This document shows positions 24,625 to 36,694 of a DNA stretch of 64,000 nt, piece after piece. The stretch's first letter is position 1, and each line of letters opens with the position of its first letter. The stretch spans positions 23,795,575 to 23,859,574 of the forward strand of contig NC_083425.1 in the NCBI RefSeq assembly GCF_020745735.1, given 5' to 3'. The position numbers and the translations under genes were made by a program. The notes under the pieces were generated by a model. The model was not told where the DNA came from. It ran no database searches and saw only the letters and a program-made list of their open reading frames with translations. The DNA is from Hemiscyllium ocellatum. Its lineage: Eukaryota.

Positions 24625-24916
24625 TAGAATCCCTACAGTGTGGAAACAGGCCATTTGGCCCATCGAGTCTGCACCGACACTCGGAAGAGCATCCCACCCA
24701 GACTCACCCCACTATCCTATCCCTGTAACCTGACATTTTTCATGGTCAAGCCACCTAAACACATTTTAAAACTGTGGAAGGAAACAGGAGCATCCAGAGG
24801 AAACCCACGCAGACACGGAGAATGTGCAAACTCCATATGGAGTCGCCTGAAGGTGGAATCACACGCAAGTCCCTGGTGCTATGAGGCAACAGTGCTAACC
24901 ACTGAGCCACTATACC
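24625..24916 (-). mobile_element. HE1-like SINE
   Basis: Same family as 1872-2156. Confidence 0.85.
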
Positions 24917-25969
24917 AAAAAAAAATTGAAAATATTTGCAAAACTACAGAAAGAGATAGTAGAGGAGTCTGATTAAGTTGCTCTTCGAGAGATCTTGCAC
25001 AGATTTGACTGGCTGAAAGGTCTCCTTTTGTGCTGTAACAATTCTATCATTCTAAGAATGATGTCTTTGCATTTGTATAATTCCCCAGATTCCTCCAGTA
25101 GCCTAATTATACTATCCTGAGTATTTCAGTTTGCCTTTAATCATTGCTCATATTTACAGTCATGTATCCTTTTTGGGGCATGTGTAAGATAATTGACCAA
25201 ATGAAGTACCTGCATTGAAGCATTGGGAAATGTGAGATCCCCATTTTTGACTATAGCTACATAAATCTCACCTCTTTAATGTAGTAAAACATCCTAAGGT
25301 TATACCATGGGGTATAACAATTTAGAGCTGAGCAGCTAAAGCTCTGAGGGTAGCAGGATAATTTAAAATGTGGGATGTGTAAGTGACCAAAGTTGGAGTA
25401 AAATATATTTTCATAAAGTTATGGTGGTGATATGTTAAGAACTTCGAAAATTATTGTGAGAATTTGAAAATAAGACTTGGCACTCATTCAAACAATGCAG
25501 GTTTGAAAATACGTGGATAGATGAACGGGTTTGTCGCAAGCCAAGACAGTAGATTTTAGATTACCTCAAGTTTACAGCGTGTGGACTAATTGAGAGAAGC
25601 GAGGAATGTAAAGGAATAGTTGAGTACAGACATTACAGTGGAATGAGTGAGAAAATCATCAGCAGATGTACTGTAAAAAGGTAAAGTCAAGTGACATTAC
25701 AGAGGTGGACTAGGGGGTTTTAGTAATGGCACAAATATGTGGTTGGATGCCTCTCTTGGGTGAACTATGGTAGGATTAGTCTCCAACTGTTGCCAGGGGA
25801 GAGGAATGGCATTGGTAGTTCAGGAATGGAGTTTGAAACAGGGACAAAAAGCAAGACTTCAGTCTTTCCAATATTTAACTGAAGGAACTTTCTGCTTATT
25901 CAGTTTTGGCTGTCATATATAAAGTTTGATTATGTAGCAACAATAGAGAAGTTGTGAATGGTGTCCATA

Positions 25970-26495
25970 ATGTGGAGGTGCCCGTGTTGGACTAGGGTAG
26001 ACAAAGTTACAACTCTCTCAATACCAGGTTATAGTCCAACAAGTTTATTTGAAAGTACAAGTTTTGGAGCACTGCTGTTTTGTCAGGCAACTAGTGGGGC
26101 AAGATCATAGGACACAATTTGTAGTAAAAGATCAAAGTGTCATACAGCTGATGCATTATATTGACCAAACCTAAATTGCTGTTAAGTATTTAATCACTTA
26201 AATTTGGAATGGAATGGAGATGCACATTTCGATTGATTAATATGTAAATCCCAGAACTTCTTTCAAGTTGTAGTCCAGTGACAAGAAAGGCAACATCTCA
26301 GCTCAGACAAATCAATGAAGATGTGAGGTTAGAGTCTGTTTGTATTCCAACATTGAATCAGACTGGATCTGCTTCCAAAGTAGGAATTTATAAGAGCTGC
26401 CTACAGATTGTGTGTGGTTTTTGAACACAATAGAATGTATCTGCAAATACAAATTCACCACGTAGATCTGTGTGTATCTCATGCGTTTACATGTG
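25970..26495 (-). mobile_element. Penelope-type terminal or non-autonomous repeat, second family (shared with 63380-63560)
   Basis: accaggttatagtccaacaagtttattt shared with 63400-63430. Decayed hammerhead CTGACAA...GCTCC-AAAAC on the minus strand. Confidence 0.6.
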
Positions 26496-27194
26496 AAAAC
26501 TAATGCTCTTTTGGATGATGTAATTGAAGGACAATATATCAATTGGAAATAGGTTAGATCCTTGAGGGGTCACCAAAGGTAATGGTGTGGGAGAAGGAAA
26601 ATACGCCAATACCAGCGATACTTTGGCTATGATTAAATAGATATAGAATGGAACTGAGGTAAAGCAGTCTCGCACAGCTAGATGACAGAGAGATATATTG
26701 GAGGGGGTTTGTGTGTCAAATATTGCAGACCAGTTGAGTAGAAACGAGGACGGATAGTTTTCCCTTACCCAGTTGCATTAGATGTCAGTTGTAACCTTTG
26801 ACACTATGGCAGCAATGATTGGAGAATTTCCAACATGAAATTCTATGAAAGCTGGACATGGTTTAGGGAGGCAGAACATGTTTAAGGACTTTGAAAAGTG
26901 AGACAGGGAATGGGCAGCAGTTTAAGGACAGTGGGAAAAGGACTTTTTTGGTTTGAGGAGTGAATTGATGAGGATGATAAAAAGCGAAAGGGCTCATATG
27001 CCACGAGTCAGAGCTAAGAACACTATCAGCACCTGGGGACAAAGTGTGGAACTTGGTGGTAGCAGTTTAGTGGAAGTAGGGTTGAGGATAGAAAGGTAAG
27101 AGATAAGAAAAGCCTAGCCAAAAGTGCTCCTTCCAACAAGCTAAGGTACTTGGCTGAGCTATGGACTGTACATATTTTTTAATCAACCTGCTCA

Positions 27195-27385
27195 GAGATA
27201 TGCTGGAAAAGCTGAACAGGTCTGGCAGCATCTGTGGAGAAAAATGAGTTAATGTTTCGAGTTGAGTCACCCTTCCTCAGAACCTGACCCCATCAGTTAA
27301 TTCTGATTTCTCCACAGATGCTGCCAGATCTGCTGAGTTTTTCTAGCAGTCTCTATTTTGTTTCTGATTTACAGCATCCACAGTT
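27195..27385. mobile_element. Penelope-derived inverted-repeat element with a hammerhead-like core
   Basis: Arms tgctggaaaagctgaacaggtctggcagcatctgtggaga and tctccacagatgctgccagatctgctgagtttttctagca. Minus-strand core CTGAGGA-AGGGTGACTCAACTC-GAAAC-ATT-AAC. Confidence 0.75.
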
Positions 27386-29618
27386 TTTTTTTATTTTTAT
27401 TTTGCTTAGAGATGAATTATATATCTCACAAGCAAGTTAGACTTGAACCTAGGCTTCTGGTCCAGAGGTCGGGCTCTACCATTGTGCCACAAGAGCCTCT
27501 GAGCTATAGATTGTTCCTCAATCACCCAGGCCTTGATTCTAAAACTTCCTATTTCTTGCCAGTGGACGATTTTCCAAATTCTCCCATCGTGGGTGTTGCA
27601 GTCATTAGTTAGGATTTGAGCTTACTACTGCTCAAGATAGAGAAGCAATCTTAAATCATTTGAGAAAGATAAAATTAGTTTAGAGAAAAGAACTAGCTGA
27701 TTATAAAATCTCCACCTGCTAGGTTGCTACAACTTTCATCCAGGATCTTAAGAACAGAACCACACAATATCTTTCCATTTTGGTAAGAATCATGTAAGTT
27801 GCCTGCTTCAATATCTTGCATACACTTCAGAAATCTACTAACCTTTGTGTAAATAAAATTGTCCAATTTCCTTTCTTGACTTACTAATTTTTTGTGTTCT
27901 CCTTCCCCATCTACTGCTGAGAGTTTGAGTTGTTTATTTTTCTCTAAATCATGCCCAAGTGTATTCCAGTTCCATGATTCGCCAATAATCTGCATTTAAC
28001 TGGTGCCTGCAAAAAAGATACAAATTCTATGCTGTTAGTTTTTTTTTATTGTTTGTTTCCTGTTTCAGTAGGCATGAAGAAAAAGAAAATCTTGCATTTA
28101 TATAGAACCTATATGAATACACTCACTATCCCAAAGCACTTAACAGGAAATTAAATCTTACTGAAATATTGTCCCTGTTGTAGTGTTGGAATTGCAGTAT
28201 TCAAATTATCTTTCAAATAGCAATGTTCATAATGACTTGATAACCACTTTTTTGATGTCAATTGAGAAATAAATATTGGTTGGGATTTGGGATAACTCCT
28301 GTAAACTTATTTGAAATAGCATGGGGAATCTGTTGCATCCTGCTGAAGACAGACTAGGTCTCAGTTTATTGTGTCATTTGGCAGGCAGCATCTTTGACAG
28401 TGCAGCACCTACAGCACAGCGCTGGAGTGTCAGCTTAGACTTTGTGTGAATATTTGAACCCCCAATTTTCAGAATCAGAATAAAGATGCCAACCAAACTT
28501 ACCTGTGCTGTCAAAGACCTGAAAGTTCCACGCTGGCTGTTCACAAATTGTCCTTTTTGAGATGCTGCAGTTGTGCAACCATGCAATAATGTTGTATTTG
28601 GAACTGTACATTCAGTTGAACAGACCATACACAACAAGAAAAATTAGAAGGAATATTTCTTCCACCTGAGCCATGGCTGGTATTAATGAAGGTATTGTTT
28701 TCAGTTTTGTTTTAATCCTGTCTTGGGTCAAGCATTTCTTCACCCTTTGTGGCATTTGAGAACTAAAATTGAATTGCATTAGAAGAGAAACGGTCCTAAA
28801 GTACAAAGTCTTGTACAAAATGACAAAGCCAGGCTCTTGATAAATTTTAGTTCCTGATCTGGATTAGCTGATTTTGTACCTGCAATATTAAAAATCTCAT
28901 CCTTGTTTAAAATCCTACCGTGGGCTTGTCTCTTCCTCATTATTTGTGATCTTCTTCAACTCTGCAACACTGCTGCAATGTTTGTGTCTATCTAATTCTG
29001 GCATTTTGTTCACCCTCCTTGACCAAGTGTTTGACTATGTGCTCTAATTTCTCCTTTATGTAATTTGGTGCCATATTTTATTTTAAAAATGCCTTTTAAA
29101 ACCTTGAACATGCTGCCCAAATATAAACTGTTAAACGGGTTTCATTGTAGCTGTGAAGAAAGTGATTCTTGCTTGAAATCTCACCAAGATGCTTGGCATT
29201 TGTATTGCCTGTTTGTAAAAGAGTCCGGGTATGTAAAATGATAGTGAAACGGTCTGGAAAAAGTATGACACGTGGCTTTGAACTGTGACCCAGTTATCAT
29301 GACCTATTCATTGATATATTTTTCTGTTTTAATGGAAAACATTTAATCTTCAGGGGAGGAACTAATTCTAAGATGGTCATATTGTGATGAAGAAATAGTA
29401 GATGAACAAGTCATTCGTTAAATTTTGATTACATTACTGAAAGCTCCAAGGAAAAGGACAGAATCCGGAGTTGTAGCAATAATGTTGAAACATTTATGAT
29501 GTTGGGAAACTTGGTTTTTAAACATTACAAACGTGCCAACAGCTTCAACCAATCATGACGGGTTTACACACTTTGCGCTTTTAGTTTAAGACTACACTGT
29601 CTTTCTCTCCAGTCTAAA

Positions 29619-31101
29619 ATGGAACATATTTCACCAGGAATGCAAGTGTGTCCATTTTGTGGTAAAGCTTTTAAGCGACTGAAAACACATCTTCCTCACT
29701 GTAAGGTGGCCAGAATTGTGAACAGTAAATCTAATTCTAAAGAGACAGAGCAACCTATTGCAATTCCACAGCAAAAATTAAGTTGCAAATCTGTTAGCTC
29801 TCCAGCATCATCTAACAAGAAGACAAAAGTTAAAGCAAACTCAGCAAAGACTTTAACACAGAAGGAAGAAGCAGCATCACCAAAAAAGAGCAATCATTCA
29901 ATAGGTTTAGGAAATGAATTGTGTACTTCTGTACAAAGTGTTTGGAACAAAGATATGAATGAGCCACAATCAGGTCAAGAAGATTTGATGAACAGGAGAG
30001 AGCAAATCAGAAAAAAAAGTCAACAGTCTGTTAGTCAGACAACTAAAGGACAATCTAAATGGGCAAAGAAAGAAACGGTCTTAAAATCAAAGTCAAATGA
30101 ACATTTTTTAACACTGGATGAGGATAAGGTAGATGCACAGTTAAAAGGTGCTGCTAGAGCAAAAGTGAAGAGTTCTCAAAAGATTGTAAATGATATATCT
30201 TTAAAGAAAAAACAAGAAAATAGTTCTTTAACGATTCCACTGAATGAAAAAGGATGCACTGACTTGGTATCAGAAAGTATATTTTGCCCAAAAGGGAAAT
30301 CAGTTCTTAATTTAGAACAAATTTATACTCGACCAGAATTTGAAAAGGAGACAACTGTGTTGGATCTGAAAGCCTATGAAATTGTACCTCAGCTATCTCG
30401 TGCTATCAAGTCAAATTCACTTCACTTTACGAGCCAAGAGAATGCAGATTCTCAAGATGGCATAAGATGTGAAGCCAGCCAGAATGAAATCACAGAACGG
30501 ATGGGCTCAAATACATCAGTATCTGAACGAACTCCAGTAAGCAACATCAAAACTAGTGTGTGGCATCACATTGAAAATAATTTGTGTAAAGCAAGGACCA
30601 GCGTAAAACAGGAATTTATGTTGAAAGTGAACGCAAGTGAGATAAAAGGTAGTTTTGGAGCTGATGTTTTAGAGACCAGTAAATGTAATTCTTCTGCGAA
30701 TAATCACATTTACAGTGGAATCATGACTTCTGAGCAAGTGAAGGATTTAAATAAAGAGAAAGGCAATCCAAGTATTGATCTTGTGGCTGTGAAGGGAATA
30801 GAACCAAGTGACTGGAACACAACTGGGGCCATAAAATCTGAATATGTGCATTTGTCCCAAAGAAAAAATGATTGGAAAGAAGACATGTTCTTATCAACAA
30901 GCTGCAGGAGAACAGTACGTTTGGATAAAAGGATTAAAGAACTTCACCCTAGTCTTTGCACAAAAACTGGAATAGGGATGGAGTGGTTTCCTGAACTGTA
31001 CCCAGGATACCATAGCATTGGACTGAGAATGCTTCCTGAACAAACTAAACAGTTTGAAACCCCAATCAGATTGTCTGCCACTTGGCTTGAAAAAATAAAA
31101 G
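29619..31101 (+). CDS. C17orf80: C17orf80/MTNAP1 large coding exon
   Basis: Acceptor ctttctctccag| at 29612. N-terminal CPFCGKAFKRLKTHLPHCK zinc-binding-like motif, long K/S/E-rich low-complexity region, conserved G(M/L)EWFPELYPGY motif. Donor aaag|gtacaa, phase 1. Synteny with FAM104A and CPSF4L. Confidence 0.93.
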
Positions 31102-31814
31102 GTACAATTAGTAGAATGTTTAAAATGTTTTTATCCTGGTTCTGCCATGTTTGATTTGTCTACTGTGACATGACTTAATTGGACATTTGTGATATTTGCT
31201 TTGGGGAAAATAATTTTCAATAATTCAAAATATAAAGTTAATTATTTAATTTCATATTTTGTCATAATCATATTTCTCTTTCTCTACCCTCTGTTTTGCT
31301 GACTGTTGTCAACTTTGCCTTATTGTGGATGTTCAGGTAGTTAAATATTTTACATTAAAAGATGTCATTTCTCTAACTTCTCAATGGCTCAGCCAAACAC
31401 AGCGCATATTTATGGAGGTTGTTGTACCATGCCAAATTGGTTTGTTTTGGTCCAGTGGGTGCAAGCACATGCTATTCCCTTTTCCATCAAGGATATATTT
31501 AAACTGTTGCTTCCTACAAATCTGCAGAAGTGAAATGTCCAAATTACTTCACAGGATTAGACAGGTAGCCTGGAAATCCAAAAATGAATTGGGTTATTGT
31601 TTGCATTGGGTAGTCACTTTTATACATCTTTCTTGATTTGTGCAACTATGTTGAACTTAAGTACTATTTCATGTAATGTTCTTTGAGATTGCGCCATATT
31701 TTTCTTGCATGCCTTGAATCTTTAACGAAGTAATATCCGCAATATTTGCACACTGACAAATGAAATTATATCAACAAAAGTCGACGTCTATTGTTGTGTA
31801 AATCACATTTTCAT

Positions 31815-31897
31815 TTAGAATAGATTACTTACAGTGTGGAAACAGGCCCTTCAGCCCAACAAGTCCACACCGACTCGCCGAAGCGCAACCCACCCAA
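31815..31897 (-). mobile_element. HE1-like SINE 3' fragment
   Basis: tagattacttacagtgtggaaacaggcccttc...gcgcaacccaccc. Confidence 0.85.
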
Positions 31898-33453
31898 TTT
31901 AATTTTGAAATTTGGTGCAGTATTCCCTTTGCTAATACTGCTATAAGTGTCTTTTGGCTTGAAGTATATCTATGTTGACCTATTTGTGTCATGTGTCTTT
32001 TGTGATCAGTTCATGTTGCTGTTATTGATCCATTTCAGCCTGCTCTCAATTTTCCTTAATTAAATCTCCCAGCATAATCCTCTATTTCCTTCTCATCTGC
32101 TTGTCTAGATTCCTCTCAAATGTACAATTTACTTTACCGACTCCCAATGATATCCAAAATTCTTTGCTTTTTCTTTTGAAGTCATTTTGATGATGTGCCT
32201 TGGATAAACTATTCTATTGGTAAAGTGAAAGCAAAATTGCATCCATTTTGCAAGTTATGTTTATGCAGTGAGTTGCTAAGTTTTTGTATGTAGACACTGT
32301 TTCAAAGGGGAGTCATTATCCAAATATGTTCTGTGTAATTTGCTTGCATTGTGACTGGAACAGAAGTAGGATGTAGTGTGGGTGTCAGTGGTTTTGTTTT
32401 GTTTTGTTTAATCAGTCATGGGATGTTGGGTATCACAGGCTGGACCAGATGCTGTGGGTCTGGTATCACATGTAGGCCAGACCCCAGGTAAGGATGGCAG
32501 ATTTCCTTTCTGAAAGGACATTAGTGAACCAGATGAGCTTTTCATTAAACTGTTATTTCCAGATTATTATTATTGAATTCAAACTCCAACATCTGCCATG
32601 GCAGGATTTGAACCCATGCCCTCTCAACATTACCTGGATCTCTGGATTAATAGTATAATGATAATACCACTAGTTCATTACCTGCCCCTTTGTTTTGTTG
32701 TTCAAATAAAGCCATTGGTCTCTTGTTGAAATAATCTCACTGTGTACATAGGTGGTGGTATAAAGTGGGAGGAATTGGATACAGTAAACTACATGTCCGT
32801 AGACTAAACAGAACACAAGATCTCAGCTTTCATATTTATTAGCACTAATGACAGACGATCCTTCAGGTGCACTCAGCCCTATGAAAACAGATTATGTAAT
32901 CCTGTTACAAAATTCCAATGAATTAATAATCTAAATTTTAATTTTTTTTTGACCTCATGATGATCCCAAATGTTTTGCAGGCAACTAATGTAGGAAATAC
33001 AGAAGCATATTTGTGTTTGAAACGCTCCTGCTAGATTAACCTCTCTTTAATAATGTCACACAGGATAAATGTTGAGCAGGACCTCACTGGGGAGAATTCC
33101 CCCACCTTTAAAATAGTGCAATGGGGTTTTTTGCATTGATTTGAAAGGCCGTGGTTTAATGGCACAGGTCTTCTGGTGCTAAGATTGACTAGGACCTGCA
33201 ACAGTACAACATTCCCTCAGTCTGTGGGTTGGAATTTGAACTTGCAATTTTCTGCCTGAAAGGGGAGAATTACAAAAGTAGTTCTGATCAAAAGCTGGCA
33301 ATCGATTGCTGATTGGCATTACATAACGAGTAACAGCCTGCTTCATAGGCGGCAAGTTTCTTCAGGGAAATGGTTAAAAATAGGAGAACATTAGAGAAGA
33401 AATGAAGTTGTCCGTAAAACAGAAGTAATATTTTTTAAACTTACTTCCTGCAG

Positions 33454-33570
33454 GTTATAATAAGTATTGCAATAAATATATGAACCCAAGGAGAAGAGGA
33501 GCTGGAGGTGTGATCGCTTTAGTTTTGGGATGTGCGCTCTTCAGCTACATTTGGAATTATGATTTGATCA
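33454..33570 (+). CDS. C17orf80: C17orf80 exon with ATP synthase subunit f-like (WRW-family) transmembrane segment (GYNKYCNKYMNPRRRGAGGVIALVLGCALFSYIWNYDLI)
   Basis: cttcctgcag| acceptor and tca|gtgagt donor, 117 nt, phase 1-1. Contains a hydrophobic helix. Confidence 0.92.
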
Positions 33571-33839
33571 GTGAGTACATCGGTGTCTTTTGACAGATGT
33601 TGGGATATCGGAGAGAAATACTGTTAATTATATTCCATTATGGTGTTAACATTATGTTTCTATTGATCTCATTAGTGTCCAAATGACCACAAACTAACAT
33701 CTGTTTTTCATGTCATCGCATCCCCACCCCTTTGTTTTAAAGAAAAGACCAAGTAGCCACTCCTGTTCAGCCTGTTAGTAAGGGAAGTTGGTGCTAAAAT
33801 CCATTAATGCTTTAACAGCTGTTGAAACCTTTGTTTTAG

Positions 33840-33868
33840 AACATGATTACAGAAGAAAATACCATTGA
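33840..33868 (+). CDS. C17orf80: C17orf80 last coding exon (KHDYRRKYH*)
   Basis: tttgttttag| acceptor, phase 1, TGA at 33866-33868. RKYH* end is the same as subunit f. Total 542 aa from ATG 29619. Confidence 0.9.
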
Positions 33869-34076
33869 GAATTTTGAGCGACGATGTTTTTCTGATTCAT
33901 TCCATTCCAGCATGAAAAAGTTGAAGACATTATGTGAAGAAAAAAGATTAAAAATTTTACATTGGATTTTAATTGTCTTTTAGTTACTCTGACTAGCATG
34001 TGTAGGAGAGAGCATGAATAAGATAAAATATACCTGAGTTGCTTTACTCTGATATTTTAAGATTTTACAAGCTGTA

Positions 34077-34082
34077 AATAAA
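34077..34082 (+). terminator. Candidate C17orf80 polyadenylation signal
   Basis: AATAAA about 210 nt after the stop, followed by GT-rich sequence (ttgtcatttgtcacttgttttgtc). Confidence 0.6.
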
Positions 34083-34964
34083 AATATTATTTGTAAGATT
34101 GTCATTTGTCACTTGTTTTGTCATTGTTTATGTAAAGTGATTTGAAAGTGCACTTTCCTAACTACTGCAGATAGAAACAGAACTTAAAATAAATGGAATT
34201 TCCAAGAAAGTATTTTGAAAAACTGACTTGTAAGTAGTTAAATAAATGGCAATAAGCAAAATAGTCTTGTTTCTAAGGTTTTTGGTATTCAACCATCAAA
34301 ATCTTATTCCAGATTTTTTTTTTGCCTAAAAAAAATCAGCATTGCGTAGGCAATATCATTTATCACTTGAGATTGCAGATTTTCTTCTATCTTAAAGCAT
34401 TTGCTCAAACAAGCAATAAATGTTTACGTTTTGAAAGACACTAATCACGATAATCTTGTGCTTTCTTCAAATTTGTATGAGGAGCTTGTCTGTATTAATT
34501 GTACATAACTTACAAATAGTAAATTTATTTGCTTTTAGAAATATGTTTTCTTGTTTTTTACAATCACTTCTGGACCAGACACTATGATACAGGGGCTTTT
34601 GCTACTGGATCTATGCAATAGCAGTGATGCTTTGTTGTTCACCTTTTGTTATCAGCCACCAAACAAATCAGCTTTTTGACAATGCCATCACATTGCTGCT
34701 GGAACTATGGCCTTGGAATTTGAAGTATTTAAAATTCTGCTAACCAATACTATATATGACTTTGACTTTGGAGTGAGAAATAGCAAAACACTGTTTTAAG
34801 ATGGGAACAGACAGCGGACATTAAGCAGGATGAGAATCTATCAGTGATTACAAACAGTTAAAATCTAATCAGCTATAATCTGCAGTAGGACTGGATTAAT
34901 GATGCTGTTCTTAACTTCACAGTTCATAGCAGAAGTATAATCACTAACATGGATTATTTTTCAG

Positions 34965-35240
34965 TTTAGGGTGAGAGGGGAAAGATATAAAAGAGACCTA
35001 AGGGGCAACTTTTTCACACAAAGGGTGGTGCATGTATGTATGAGCTGCCAGAGGAAGTAGTAGAGGCTGGTACAATTGCAACACTTGAAAGGCATCTGGA
35101 TGGGGATATGATTAGGAAAAGTTTAGAGGGATATGGGCCAAGTGCTGGCAAATGTGACTAGATTAATTTAGGATATCTGGTCAGCATGGACGAGGTGGAC
35201 CGAAGGGCCTGTTTCTATGCTGTATACCTCTATGACTCTG
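34965..35240 (+). mobile_element. HER1/CR1 LINE 3' end
   Basis: Similar to 895-1155; ends in ctctatgactct. Confidence 0.88.
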
Positions 35241-35323
35241 TGCTACAGTTTAAATGGAGTATTGCTTAAATTGCTGTTGAAGGAGACCATTCATTGAAAT
35301 ATATTTCCAAACAATGCAGTATT

Positions 35324-35482
35324 CAGAGGAAACTTGATTATCCGAAGGACACGAGCGGGGAGTATTTCGCTTGGTTAATCGAATGTCAGATAACCTACTT
35401 TACCCAAGCATCAGGATGTCGCAAACTTGCCGGATAATCTGATATTCAGATAATCTAATGCCTGATAATCGAGCTTTCTCTG
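35324..35482. mobile_element. Tigger/pogo-like MITE
   Basis: Imperfect TIRs CAGAGGAAACTTGATTATC and GATAATCGAGCTTTCTCTG, the right one followed by TA. Internal GATAATC repeats. Confidence 0.65.
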
Positions 35483-36169
35483 TATATGTAATCCTGGGTG
35501 GGAATCATATTCATTGTCATTAGAAGCTCAACTATGTTCATGGTCAGAATTTTCCTCATGGTATGTGGTTGTCATTTTCTAATTAGTATTTTCCTTACTC
35601 TTTTATGGAATATGGACATAATTTTTCACACATCCCTAATTGTCTTGAAAGTGCTGGTAAATATTTTATTATTCACTTGTGGGACATGTGCATCACTGGC
35701 TGGACATTTATTGCCTGTCCCTAGTTGCCCTCAAGAAGGTGGTGCTGAGCTTTCTCCTTGAACCACTGCAGTCCATATGCTGTGGGTTGACCCACAATGC
35801 CCTTAGGGAGGGAATTCCAGGATTTTGACACAGCAACAGTAAAGAAGTTATGATATATTTCCAATTCAGGGTGGTGAGTGGCTTCCTGGGAACTTGCAGG
35901 TCATGGTGTTCCCATGTATTTGCTGCCCTGGTCATTCTAGATGGAAGTGGACTTGACTCATCACAAGGGTAACTAGGGACAGGCAATAAATTCTGGCCAG
36001 CTATACCCATGTCCCTCAACTGAATAAAAAAAATTGCGGGTGCTCAAGCAGAATGCAAGTCAGAGGTTATGCTCAGATTGAAGACACTAAGGTCTTACGG
36101 AATTAAATGAGGTGAGAAGGTTTACCTAGAGATAGGGATCTTCAGCATAAACCTTGCCTTGGAAGCCAG

Positions 36170-36500
36170 TTTTAGATTAGAAATTATTAGATTAGATTCC
36201 CTACAGTGTAGAAACAGGCCATTTGGCCCAACAAGTCCACACCAACTCTCTGAAGAGTAACCCACCCAGACCCATTCCCCCCACATTTCACCCCTGACTA
36301 ATGCAACTAACATTATGGGCAATTTAGTATAGTCACTTCACCTGACCTACACATCTTTGGATTGTGAGAGGAAACCGAAGCACCCGGAGGAAACCCACGC
36401 AGACACGGGGAGAATGTGAAAACTCCACACAGAATCGCCCAAGGCTGGAATCAGACGTGCTGTGAGGCAGCAATGCTAACCACTGAGCCACCGTGCCACC
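36170..36500 (-). mobile_element. HE1-like SINE
   Basis: Full head-to-tail similarity with the other copies. Confidence 0.9.
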
Positions 36501-36694
36501 CTACCTTATCAGCTGGGAAAAGACGCAAGTCATCGGAGTCTGAGAGTAACTTTGAAGTGATTCCAGGAGCATGAGGTGCCTATTACAGTATAACTGGAGG
36601 GGGATTTTTAATTAGTTAAAAAAAGTTGAATTGGAAAACTTCTGAGATTTAGATTAAAAAATAAACTACAAAAACATTACAGTTGCTCAAGAAA

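Noticed and set aside
31102-31154. C-terminal TISRMFKMFLSWFCHV of the 511-aa ORF in the track
   Set aside because: Read-through past the splice donor at 31102. The conserved C-terminus is in the downstream exons, and I saw no nearby AATAAA to support an intronic-polyA isoform.
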